Positions 46,745 to 64,000 of a stretch of DNA of 64,000 nt are shown here, piece by piece. The notes below the pieces were generated by a model. It was not told where the DNA came from, did no database searches, and was given only the letters and a program-made list of their open reading frames with translations. A program made the position numbers and the translations under genes. The stretch comes from Macrostomum lignano. Taxonomy: Eukaryota. Location: NCBI GenBank assembly GCA_002269645.1, contig NIVC01002572.1, forward strand, positions 1 through 64,000. Reading direction: 5' to 3'. The number at the start of each line of letters is the position of its first letter. Position 1 is the first letter of the stretch.

Positions 46745-47912
46745 ATAAAAATAAAAGTAAATATAATAAGATATAAAATCCTAGTATATATTTATAATAT
46801 GTAATGATTTTATATGTCATCTTTTGTCTTTTACCAAACAAAACAACTTTTTCTAATAGATAAGTAGGATGCATCTATTAGAAAATCAGAAAAGGGTGAA
46901 TTAGACTTATTATTACATTGTTATTCAAAATGAAAGCTACAATAATTAAAAAAAAATAAAAATTATGTTTTTTTAATAATAAATAGATGTATGCATTTTG
47001 AAAATTAAAATTTTAAGTAAAAACTTGTATATTTAAGCAGTTAAAATATGTTTCTTACATTTATATAGACAATAAACTCTTTGTTTGTAACTTTTTTGTT
47101 GTTACATTGGTATATTGGTCATTTTTGTTTTTTTGTTTATATATAATGTTTCTTTTTAAATAAAAGTAATTTCAAAGTCAAAAGTACATTGTACACTTTC
47201 TAAACTGACCTCTGGTCTGGTTGAAATGCATAGAATAGGTAATTGAAAATTAGTAAATGTCAAAAAATGTAAAACTGTCTGGCACTCACATGCTTTGATA
47301 TATTTCTTGGCCAAATGTATAGCAAATAAAATGTTTCATTCTGTAGAACTGATGCACAGTCCTGTTTTTGACATAAAAAGGATACGAAACAAAATACTAA
47401 TAGTCAAAAAATATGTTTTTTGTAAACTTTTTCATTTTTTTGCAGTTGCTTTTTGTTGTATTTGTTTTACACCAGCTGTGCAAGGTGCAACTTACCTGTA
47501 AAAGAAATGTAATAAAAAAATAATTATGATTTTGGGTAAACAGCAGGAATAACTATGACTTGAGCTTGATAATATCAGTAAAAATGCTACCCTTAGTTCT
47601 AAATTTATGTATATTGTATATCACAAAATTCCAATATTGAACTGGATACAATTAAGAGTAAACAGTTTTATTCTTAGTCTTGAAAGCACTGATAAACCTA
47701 TGTTTTTTTCTATGGTACTAAAAACAAACTGCATATACCATTGTATGTATAGTGTTGTAATGTTATAAATTGCTAACTCAACTAAAATAATTGAGAATTT
47801 GCATTGCAATTGCATTGACATTTCTGTTATAAAATCATTAGACAGATTACTGACACCAACTGGCTGACCTGTTGACTGAACTCACCAATTAATCAGCAAT
47901 AGTAGAAAAACC

Positions 47913-50599
47913 ATGAGCTGCTACAGCAGGGGCAACAACAATGCTGCCATGCACGGCGATGAGAAGGAGATCGCATCGAGGACGCTGCAGATTCAGTCCA
48001 AACGGTTTTACCTTGACGTCAAGCAGAACCGGCGCGGCCGATTCTTTAAATTAGCCGAGGTCGGCGCCAGTGGGCAAAAGAGCCGGATTCTGATGGGCAT
48101 GAGCTCGACTGCCCAGTTCAGGTGACTTGGATTTTATGGACTTGTTTTATCATTTTCTGAATCTTGTCTGACCTGATTGAGAAAACTGGAAGGCGTTCGG
48201 GAGCTCTGATTAGAGGACATGGATTTGGGAGTTCTTATTGGAGGGCACGGATTCGGGAACTCTGATTGGAGGACACTGATTTGGGGGGCTCTGATTGCAG
48301 GGCACGGATTCGGGAGTTCTGATTGGAGGGCACGGATTCGGGGGCTCTGATTGGAGGGCACGGATTCGGGGGCTCTGATTGGAGGGCACGGATTCGGGGG
48401 CTCTCTGATTGGAGGGCACGGATTCGGGGGCTCTCTGATTGGAGGGCACGAATTCGGGGGCTCTGATTGGAGGGCACGGATTCGGGGGCTCTGATTGGAG
48501 GGCACGGATTCGGGGGCTCTGATTGGAGGGCACGGATTCGGGAGTTCTGATTGGAGGGCACGTCTTCGGGGGCTCTGATTGGAGAGTATGGATTCGGGGG
48601 CTCTGATTGGAGGGCACGGATTCGGGGGCTCTCTGATTGGAGAGTATGGATTCGGGGGCTCTGATTGGAGGGCACGGATTCGGGGGCTCTGATTGGAGGG
48701 CACGGATTCGGGGGCTCTGATTGGAGGGCACGGATTCGGGGGCTCTGATTGGAGGGCACGGATTCGGGAGTTCTGATTGGAGGGCACGTCTTCGGGGGCT
48801 CTGATTGGAGAGTATGGATTCGGGGGCTCTGATTGGAGAGTATGGATTCGGGGGCTCTGATTGGAGGGCACGGATTCGGGGGCTCTGATTGGAGGGCACG
48901 GATTCGGGGGCTCTGATTGGAGGGCACGGATTCGGGAGTTCTGATTGGAGGGCACGTCTTCGGGGGCTCTGATTGGAGAGTATGGATTCGGGGGCTCTGA
49001 TTGGAGAGTATGGATTCGGGGGCTCTGATTGGAGAGTATGGATTCGGGGGCTCTGATTGGAGAGTATGGATTCGGGGGCTCTGATTGGAGAGTATGGATT
49101 CGGGGGCTCTGATTGGAGAGTATGGATTCGGGGGCTCTGATTGGAAGGCACGGATTCGGGAACTCTGATTGGAGGGTATGGAAAATTTTTTTACAAAAAT
49201 CCCCAGACCAGATCGTAAGTGAAACTCCAACAATAATTGTTTGATAACGAGGCTATTCCCGCATCCTCCGTTCAGAGACAAGCTCAACCTGCTGGCCAAG
49301 CACCTGTCCGCCGCCGACTTCAAAAGCAAATCCGAGACGATGGCCCACGAGAATCGGCGCTATTTCCTCGACCTGAGGGAGAATCAGCGCGGTCGCTACC
49401 TCCGCATTGCCCAGCAGGTGGCGCCTTCCGGTGTCCGCAGCCAGGTGGTCGTGCCCGAGCAGGGCGTCCGTGAGCTGGCCGACCTCCTGGCCGACCTCAT
49501 CAACCAGTGCGGCACTGACGATGCCGCTGGTGAGTGTCGCTGAATAACCCGGCTGGTTGTCTCTCTGTTTTTCAGGGAGGGTCAAGGGAGTCAGTTGACC
49601 TCCTCCGCGAACGTCAGTGTTTGTCTTGGTACTTGTGTGGCTTTTTGTTCAAGTGTGGCCAAATGTACAATTCTTTATCGCCAGTCCTCAAATTTGCGTA
49701 TCAGAGAGGTCAAAGGGCTCAGTTGGCTGACGCCTTGTTAACAATACTTAGATCTGATTTTGTCTCCATTTTTTGTTTTTTCTCCCCTTCATTCTTTCAT
49801 CCGGAATTATCCCCTCCAATTTCTCTTATTAATCCCATTTTGCCGCTTTTCTACAATTCTACTCCTTTTGTTGCTGCGGCCATGCACCCTCTCTCCCTTT
49901 CTCCCCTCAATCCCCTACACTCTCTCCTTGCTCCTCTCAATCCCCTACACTTTCTCCTTGCTCCTCTCAATCCCCTACACCCTCTCCTTGCTCCCCTCAA
50001 TCCCCTACACTCTCTCCTTGCTCCTCTCAATCCCCTACACTTTCTCCTTGCTCCCCTCACTCCCTTACACCCTCTCCTTGCTCCCCTCACTCCCTTACAC
50101 CCTCTCCTTGCTCCCCTCAATCCCCTGCAGCCTCTCCCCTTGCTCCTCTCAATCCCCTGCAGCCTCTCCCCTTGCTCCCCTCAATCTCCTGCAGCCTCTC
50201 CTCTCTGTTACTTCTACCTTCCTTATTACTTAATTCCCCGCTCATTACCCATGCCATGCCCCCGCCCCGGCAGAGGGCGTCGCCAAGCTGCCCGAGGCGA
50301 AGGCCCTCCGCGCGGAGAACAAGATGTTTTACTTCGATGTCGGTTACAACCGGCGTGGCACCTTTCTGCGCATGTCGGAGGTTCGCCAGAATTTCCGCAC
50401 CGCCGTCACGCTGCCGGAGAAGTCGTGGCAGCAGTTGCGCGACATCCTGACGGAGTACATCGACCAGGTGGCTGGCAACGGCGGCGGCACCGCCACGGTT
50501 GACGCTGTCGCGGTGGCCGACGCCGAGGAAGAGGATGACGAACAAGTCAGTGGCGGCGGCAGCAGCGAGGATGAGTCCTCATCCGATCAGGACAACTGA
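47913..50599 (+). CDS. PURA: Pur-alpha homolog; exons 47913-48121, 49276-49529, 50274-50599
   Basis: Three PUR repeats: [38 protein letters not shown] and [20 protein letters not shown]. Intron phases 2 and 1 join in frame. Confidence 0.95.
48200..49180. repeat. 28-bp minisatellite with CTGATTGG (CCAAT box) in each unit, Pur-alpha intron 1
   Basis: Unit GGCACGGATTCGGGGGCTCTGATTGGAG; ~35 copies by length. Confidence 0.93.
49880..50200 (+). repeat. 30-bp pyrimidine-rich minisatellite, Pur-alpha intron 2
   Basis: Translates to [10 protein letters not shown] repeats. Confidence 0.88.
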
Positions 50600-50754
50600 A
50601 CCGGCACGATGATGATGCCGTCTTTAGTGTTCTCTTTACAGCTGTTTTTGTTTTACTAGTACAATTGCGACCTCCCCTCCCCCGCTCCTTGTTCTGTGAG
50701 CCTGATCTTCACATCAATACCATGTTCTTTGCAGTCAATCCATTCGCGTTTACA

Positions 50755-51010
50755 GTCAGCACAATGATCTTCACATCCAGCACAATGATCTTCACATTCA
50801 GCACAATGATCTTCACATCCAGCACAATGATCTTCATATTCAGCACAATGATCTTCACATTCAGCACAATGATCTTCACATTCAGCACAATGATCTTCAC
50901 ATTCAGCACAATGATCTTCACATTCAGCACAATGATCTTCACATTCAGCACAATGATCTTCACATTCAGCACAATGATCTTCACATTCAGCACAATGATC
51001 TTCACATTCA
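50755..51010 (+). repeat. 21-bp minisatellite just 3' of the Pur-alpha stop (TTCAGCACAATGATCTTCACA)
   Basis: About 12 copies. Confidence 0.92.
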
Positions 51011-51912
51011 TGATTCAGCTCCGCCTGCATGATTCATGATTCAGCTCAGCTCAGCTCTGCAATGACTTTGCTTGAATAAACTTTAAAAAAGTATTCTTTC
51101 TTGTTACTAGTAGTAGCTAATAACAACAAGCGTATTAGCTTTGACTGGTGTTTGTCCTAAAATTGTTTCAGCAGTATCATCATCCACTGTAGTGTAATTC
51201 TCAGGATATTAAATAGCATGTGTTGCACGCACAATATGCATCCTCAAGGCAGCAACTAGAAAGATTTCAACAAAAATGGCAACTTTCCGCCCAAATTCTT
51301 TAGTTTTTTATTACGTTTTTTTTCTATCCAGATCATTATATAATTAGCACTGTGTGTGTGCAGTCCGATTGCATGAGCGATTTATTTTGTGCTTTTGAAT
51401 CAATTTCTTTGTATCGTGTTGTACTTTATTGAGTTGAAAATTCAGCACGCACTGTATTAAGGGCCTATGTGTTTAATGTCTGCATTAATCAGCGCGGTAT
51501 CTGAGCTAGTCAGTTTTATTCACTCTTAAATTATTTCATTTTTCCAATTACTTTTATTGCGTTTGTTTTGCTCGTTATCGCTTGTCGTGTCGGGACAAAT
51601 CGGATTTAGTATTCGCATTTGATTTTTTATTTCTTTTTTTGTCAAGCATGCACTATGAAATTATACCTTTCAGTTAATTTTTTACTGCACCTATGGTGCA
51701 TCAGATTTTTTAATCAATAAATTGACAATATTAAAGCTACAAATTTAAGGCACTAGAAAAAATATTTGCTTTCTGTTAATATCAAATATCGTTGCACTCC
51801 TGAAATTCAAGCTAATATGAGTAGAAGAGTTGTTTTTTTCTTTTCAAAGGTTTATTATCCTTGCTTGCTCATCATAAAATATATTCGTTAAGCTATCAGA
51901 TTTATGAGCATA

Positions 51913-57662
<5,750 letters not shown>

Positions 57663-57794
57663 TGTTTAAAGCAAAGTCAATCTCAAAGCTCTACGAGATG
57701 GACTCTCAAAGTAAACGACTGATACGAGGTACATGTAATCGTATGGGACACACCTAAAGGGCTTCAAAATCTAGAGCTCTGTGCTGGAGTTATT

Positions 57795-58054
57795 GGGCCT
57801 TTTCATATTGCTTGTTCTGGTTCCAGAACCAGAACGAATTTGTGAGGTATAACTTTTTGTCTCCATAACTAGAGGGAGATACGTGCTATAAAGTTTTTAT
57901 TATTGAATGACAATCGCCAAAAAGAAAGTGAAAAATCGTGCAAAGTGAGGCTGTTAAGGCAGTCAAATATTAACAGAGTTTAATAGTTATACTGCTGTTT
58001 TTCTTGGAATTCCGAACCGATTCTGGTTCTGGAATTGGTAATATGAAAAGGCCC
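57795..58054. mobile_element. PIF/Harbinger-like MITE, 260 bp
   Basis: 15-bp TIR GGGCCTTTTCATATT; 3-bp direct repeat ATT on both sides. Confidence 0.72.
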
Positions 58055-60921
58055 ATTGTCGCAAAAATACAGTCGGTTAATTCAGCTCGTAAATTTCTTA
58101 TTTGATTTCCTTGTTAATTGCATTGTACCTAAAGCATTTTTAAAAGAAAAAAATCATATGTCTGAAACAAAAAAATAAATGGAATGTTGTATTTGCTTTT
58201 TTGTATCGCTAAGTATAGTTAATGTCTCGGTTTTAGTTATACTGTGTTTGGTATTAGATTAATAGCAATTTTGAATTGTATCTTCCTTAGAACGCACCTG
58301 TTCAGATAACTGTGGGTATGAGTACTAAGTACATCTTAGATTAAATCTCCTAAGTATAATTAGTACTTAGTAGTGTGCACTTTACATTCTATTAGAGCGG
58401 TAGCAAATGCTATATTATATTACTATTTAAGTCCCTTGATTTTTATTTACAGGCAGTATAATACTTTGATACGAAAAATCATTGCTTCTTTTTGCAATTC
58501 TTGAATTTCTGGTATATCCTATGTCAATGAATGAAAAATATACCTAATTAATTTCAGTATCAGCTATTATTTTATTAATACATGAAAGCCACACGTATAA
58601 GCCACTAAGTTGAAGACTGCAATGGAAGAAAGAGTTTGTCAAATCAGTATGTTTTTCTTCAGCTATGATCTGTGTTTAATTTTTACTTAGGCTTTTATCA
58701 CAAAAAATATAGTTTTTGTTTTTGTTTAGGTGCTTAAGATTAAGATTTTATAGACTCTTAGTCTTATTAGAACTAGTACTTGTACATGTTTTTGTTATTA
58801 ATAATCAATATAATAAACAGATATACTAAAAAGGGGCATATTATTTTTTAAAAGTATATTATGTCAAAGCATATGCCAAATAAAAATAAATACTCTTTTC
58901 TTGCATGCAAATAACAATAAATAAATCAATATAAACCTATCTATACCAAAAAATTTCTTAGGTTGGTAGCATTCATTAATTTACTATAGTCTATAAAGCC
59001 AAGGTAGACAATATAAACTATGCTTACCTGTTACCTATCTGCCAGTACTAGAATTTTCTAAATCTATGTGTATAGAAGTACTGAAAGAAAAATTAGCATA
59101 CATTTTTGGGATATATATTAAAATGAGATATATTATTTTTTGATATGTAAGTATAATATATCTAGTCTTATTGTATAATATATTAACTAAAGTAATTTTT
59201 GGAAATATTTTAGATATAAAATCATTTAGTTCACAAAAGTTGATACTATTGGTATTATTTTGGTCCAACATTTTTTGAAGCTACTAATTTTAGAACCTAA
59301 AAATTAAATACTATATATTTGTTTTTCTATACATCATTGAAATAAAATTACCATTGATTGGCAATGACTTTGATTAACACATTTCAAAGCACCAAATATC
59401 ATTTGGCACATATTAAATATATAATTTTTATATCAGATATATGAGGGCTTTTGTGAAAATGTATTTTTGTGCTATAGTATAATTACCATTTAATTCTAAT
59501 AAATATTTAAAAAGGATATCCTAAAAGTAGTACCACTTATATATAAAGCTGATTATAATAGAACACTTTATTAGCAAAGCACAAAATAATAAGTAGCATA
59601 ATCTATCTAACATTTTGATATTAGAGTTTTGACAAAAAAATGAAACAAAAGTTATAACAAGTTGTGTATTAGACCTACAATGTGCAAGGTGACTCAAAAG
59701 TAATTGATATATTTAAGCAATGTAAGCATTTATTTATAATATTTTTTACTCTTACTTAGATAATCCTTTAATTTTTTTATGCAATTCAGCAAACTTATCA
59801 TAATCTGCAAGCACCCTATACTTCTACTAGCATTATCAAAGCATATTAATTTCATTGGCATAGAATTATGATTGAGTCTGATGCCTAAGTGTATATACTG
59901 ATATACACACAGCATATATGTAGTATATAGTCCAATTCTTATAGACATAATCTACCCAATAGCAATTGCAAGAGTGCCAGAGTTGCCAAAGCTTCAGAGT
60001 ACAAAAATTGTCTGTTTTACTTAGTAAATATTAACCTCAGTGTCTGAAACAAATTACGCTATTGCTGCTGCTGTGGCTGCTTTCTAATTCCATTTTATAC
60101 AGCCCCATTATGTCTTTCTTCTGTGTAAGCATAGAACTATTATTTATATTTTGTATATGTATATTCTCAGTGGTATGCAAGCAAATTCATGCTGTCTAAA
60201 GCAGGAAGTAGCTACATGCTAAAGTAAGAAATTTCATTGAATAAATTTAGCTTCCTAGTTCCTACTCGATACTACTTCTAGGACATCTATTGTATAGTGG
60301 CAAAAAAAATAGCGCAATAGGTGAATAGGGATTATGAAATGCAGACTTAAAAACATTGTTAAGAGCAACAAGCTATGAAGTTTATTTAATTCAAGAACTT
60401 AAAACAATCTAAGATATTAGTCTATTTTATTATCATTAGAACTTTTGTAGTTTGCCATTTATGTTATTGTGGCATAATCCTTAGGGACCCTAATGAATCT
60501 ATGCTAAACCATTTGTTCACTACATGTACATGTATACATATTATGTAGAATAATGTTAGGACCTCCTAATATCATTGCTATCTTAGTAATGCATTTCATA
60601 ATGGTCTTGGTATATACAGTATTAAAACTGCAACTGCCTAAGGCTTCCATATATTAAAATTGCAATGGTACGATCATACTATGGAAATGTGTAACATTTG
60701 GTTCAATTATGTTAAATAATTGACAAATCATCTTATCATCTTATCAACAAAGTTATCAACTTATCAACAAATCATTAAATTTGCTATTGCAATTACTTAT
60801 TTCCTACCAATTATGTTTAAATCCTGTCGATGTTTATTACTCACCTGGTCATTAAGCAAGTAAATGAGAATTTGTTGTTAGCCAGACATTACTGATATAT
60901 CCTGCCATCTTTGTCACACAG

Positions 60922-63313
60922 GTGTTTTGGAGCTGGCCAAGCACCCCGGCTTCATCATAGTGAAGGCGATCACGCCCGGACTGTCCAGTAGGGATCGAAT
61001 CGTCAGCGACCGGCATCCCAGCAAGCCAACTGGGAATGAGGTCTGCATCGACTTGACTGGCGAGGGGTGAGCTCGCTTTTTCTCGGGTGTTCTTAATTCG
61101 ATGATATCTGCTTTGAGTTCGATTGCAACTGTGCTTTTTTGGAGAAGCCTTGTAGATATTTAGAGCCCTTAACTTAATCCCAATATCCTAAACCAGAATC
61201 CCAATATCCTACACCAGAATCTCAATATCCTAAACCAGAATCCCAATATCCTAAACCATAATCCCAATATCCTAAACCAGAATCCTAATATCCTAAACCA
61301 TAATCCCAATATCCTAAACCAGAATCTCAATATCCTAAACCAGAATCCCAATATCCTAAACCATAATCCCAATATCCTACACCAGAATTTCAATATACTA
61401 AACCAGAATCCCAATATCCTAAACCAGAATCCCAATATCCTTAACCAGAATCCCAATATCCTAAACCAGAATCCTAATATCCTAAACCAGAATCCCAATA
61501 TCCTAAACCAGAATCCTAATATCCTAAACCATAATCCCAATATCCTAAACCAGAATCCCAATATCCTAAACCAGAATCTCAATATCCTAAACCATAATCC
61601 CAATATCCTAAACCATAATCCCAATATCCTACACCAGAATCTCAATATCCTAAACCATAATCCCAATATCCTACACCAGAATCTCAATATCGTACACCAT
61701 AATCCCAATATCCTAAACCATAATCCCAATATCCTACACCAGAATCTCAATATACTAAACCAGAATCCCAATATCCTAAACCATAATCCCAATATCCTAA
61801 ACCAGAATCTCAATATCAAAACCATAATCCCAATATCCTACACCATAATCCCAATATCCTAAACCATAATCCCAATATCCTACACCAGAATCTCAATATC
61901 CTACACCAGAATCTCAATATCCTAAACCATAATCCCAATATCCTAAACCATAATCCCAATATCCTACACCAGAATCTCAATATCCTACACTAGAATCTCA
62001 ATATCCTAAACCAGAATCCCAATATCCTTAACCAAAATCCTACTAATATCCTAAACTAGAATCCCAGTATCCTAAACCAGAATCCCAATATCCCATGACA
62101 GAATCCTAATATCCCATGACAGAATCCCAAAATTTCAGACCAGAATCCCAAAATCCCAGACCGGAATCCCAAAATCATAGGCCAGAATCCCAAAATCCCA
62201 GACCGGAATCCCAAAATCCCAGGCCAGAATCCCAAAATCCCAGACCGGAATCCCAAATGCGAACCCGCAGGCCCTGCTTTGGCTATGCTCTGATTCGCAA
62301 GTCTGGCGGCATGCAGCAGAAGTTTCTAATCCAACTGAACACAGATGACATCAGCGATCCCTGGACACCAGCTGAGAGCTATTTTAAGGTGAGTTTCTGA
62401 TTATTTTCTTCTCTAGATATCGGCGTTGTTTTTTTAATGCTGACAATAAATTATTAAGTTTAAATCCTTGATGTACGATCGTAACTCGTTCTGAATACCC
62501 AAAATCTTTTATTACAGCTGAAAAAAGACTTCGTGCAGCTGTACTTGAAGAAAAAGGAATAAATTGGAGCTGAAAATTTTGACGATTTGAAAAACATTTT
62601 TTTATCAAATCCACTGGGCCTGAAATTCCACTGGGCCTGAGACGCTTCTAGTTTTTGGAGTTTAAATGTGCACGGTTTCAAAATGTTTTTTAGACATTTT
62701 AACGCGCTTTTTAATGCGAATTTTAATTAATTAAGTTAATTTTTCAATTATACTACTCATTTCTTTGTAAGTAGTGCAATTCGATTGTCTTTTTAGCATG
62801 AAAAAACATCCTGAGTTTGGTTTGAATTCGCCAAGCGAAAAATTGATTGCGTATAAAGTAAAGTTTTTTGTTGCCTGCTATGCGCTAAGATAATGGTATA
62901 ATCTACTATTTATTAGTAGCATTATTAAAATTTTAATGCACTTGTATGCATGGCCGCTGTTTTGTACGAGCGTACAAACCAGCAGTCACTATCTCTAATC
63001 TCTGCTGTTTACTAAGGATGTAATCCTTGATTGTACACAGTTTTGTGTATATTTCACAAATATATACCAAGGGCTAATACAAAGTCAAGGTTTTTGTTGC
63101 TAAGCGTTTCTCAATTTCAAAAATGGTTTTGCTAGGGTTGAAGAGCAATATTTATGATTATTAATTTATTTTTTTGCACATTCGACATCAGCTGTTTTCA
63201 ATTCAACAATTCTTTTACAGCCGGGCGACAAGGACAGCGGCGCGTCTGCCAGCGTCCAGCCGGTGGGGCCTTGGTGGAGCCTCAACACCTGGCTGGACTG
63301 GTATAGGAGCAAG
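60922..63313 (+). CDS. Three internal exons of an unidentified host gene (60922-61066, 62271-62388, 63221-63313)
   Basis: AG/GT boundaries with matching phases (2, 0) give GVLELAKHPGFIIVKAITPG..CIDLTGEGPCFGYALIRK..YFKPGDKD..WWSLNTWLDWYRSK without stops. Confidence 0.75.
61170..62255 (+). repeat. 21-bp minisatellite (CCAGAATCCCAATATCCTAAA)
   Basis: Fills most of intron 61067-62270. Confidence 0.93.
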
Positions 63314-63314
63314 G

Positions 63315-64000
63315 TGGGTGCCTGGTAGTGTGGGTGCCTGGTAGTGTGGGAGTCTGGTAGTGTGGGTGTCTGGTAGTGTGGGTGTCTGGTAGTGTGGGTG
63401 TCTGGTTGTGTGGGTGCCTGGTTGTGTGGGTGTCTGGCAGTATGGGTGTCTGGTAGTGTGGGTGTCTGGTAGTGTTGGTGTCTGGCAGTGTGGGTGTCTG
63501 GTAGTGTTGGTGTCTGGTAGTGAGGGTGTCTGGTAGTGTTGGTGTCTGGTAGTGTGGGTGTCTGGCAGTGTGGGTGTCTGGTAGTGTTGGTGTCTGGTAG
63601 TGAGGGTGTCTGGTAGTGTTGGTGTCTGGTAGTGTTGGTGTCTGGCAGTGTGGGTGTCTGGTAGTGTGGGTGTCTGGCAGTATGGGTGTCTGGTAGTGTG
63701 GCTGTCTGGCAGTGTGGGTGTCTGGTAGTGTGGGTGTCTGGCAGTATGAGTGTCTGGCAGTGTGGGTGTCTGGTAGTGTTGGTGACTGGTAGTGTTGGTG
63801 TCTGGTAGTGTTGGTGTCTGGTAGTGTTGGTGTCTGGCAGTGTGGGTGTCTGGTAGTGTTGGTGTCTGGCAGTGTCGGTGTCTGGCAGTGTGGGTGTCTG
63901 GTAGTGTTGGTGTCTGGTAGTGTTGGTGTCTGGCAGTGTGGGTGTCTGTTAGTGTGGGTGTCTGGCAGTATGGGTGTCTGGTAGTGTGGGTGTCTGGCAG
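63315..64000 (+). repeat. 16-bp minisatellite (GTGTCTGGTAGTGTGG) starting at the splice donor
   Basis: Direct reading; runs to the window end. Confidence 0.93.

Noticed and set aside
48134-49329. Pro-rich - strand ORFs (273-364 aa)
   Set aside because: Translations of the 28-bp intronic array.
47913-50599. Functional link between host Pur-alpha (PC4-like fold) and the element's PC4 gene
   Set aside because: They are 30 kb apart, one is an intron-containing host gene, and there is no sequence evidence of capture; proximity is probably coincidental.

Overview
Eukaryotic (intron-containing, invertebrate-like metazoan) genomic DNA, rich in minisatellites and transposons. The main feature is a complete 17,122-bp Polinton/Maverick (virus-like DNA transposon) at 487-17608, with AGTAGT...ACTACT ends, a perfect 6-bp target-site duplication (CAGAAG) and TIRs built from a palindromic 47-bp unit. 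It carries the canonical genes: protein-primed PolB, DDE integrase, A32-like ATPase, adenain-like protease, and major and minor capsid proteins. It also carries an unusual transcription-related cargo: a clear TATA-binding-protein (TBP) homolog, a tandem-PC4 protein, a Cys/His-rich acidic ORF, and inward-facing TATATAAG boxes at both ends. The PolB gene appears to have a spliced, acidic repeat-rich 5' exon. The rest of the window is host sequence: a RASSF-family gene (-), a GT32-like glycosyltransferase (-), a Pur-alpha homolog (+), three exons of an unknown gene (+), a mariner, hAT/Harbinger-like MITEs, LINE and Crypton relics, a tandem Helitron-like dimer and many intronic minisatellites. Single-base indels, mostly missing bases, interrupt both element and host genes, which suggests long-read consensus errors rather than decay. 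All assignments come from manual motif reading; no database searches were run.
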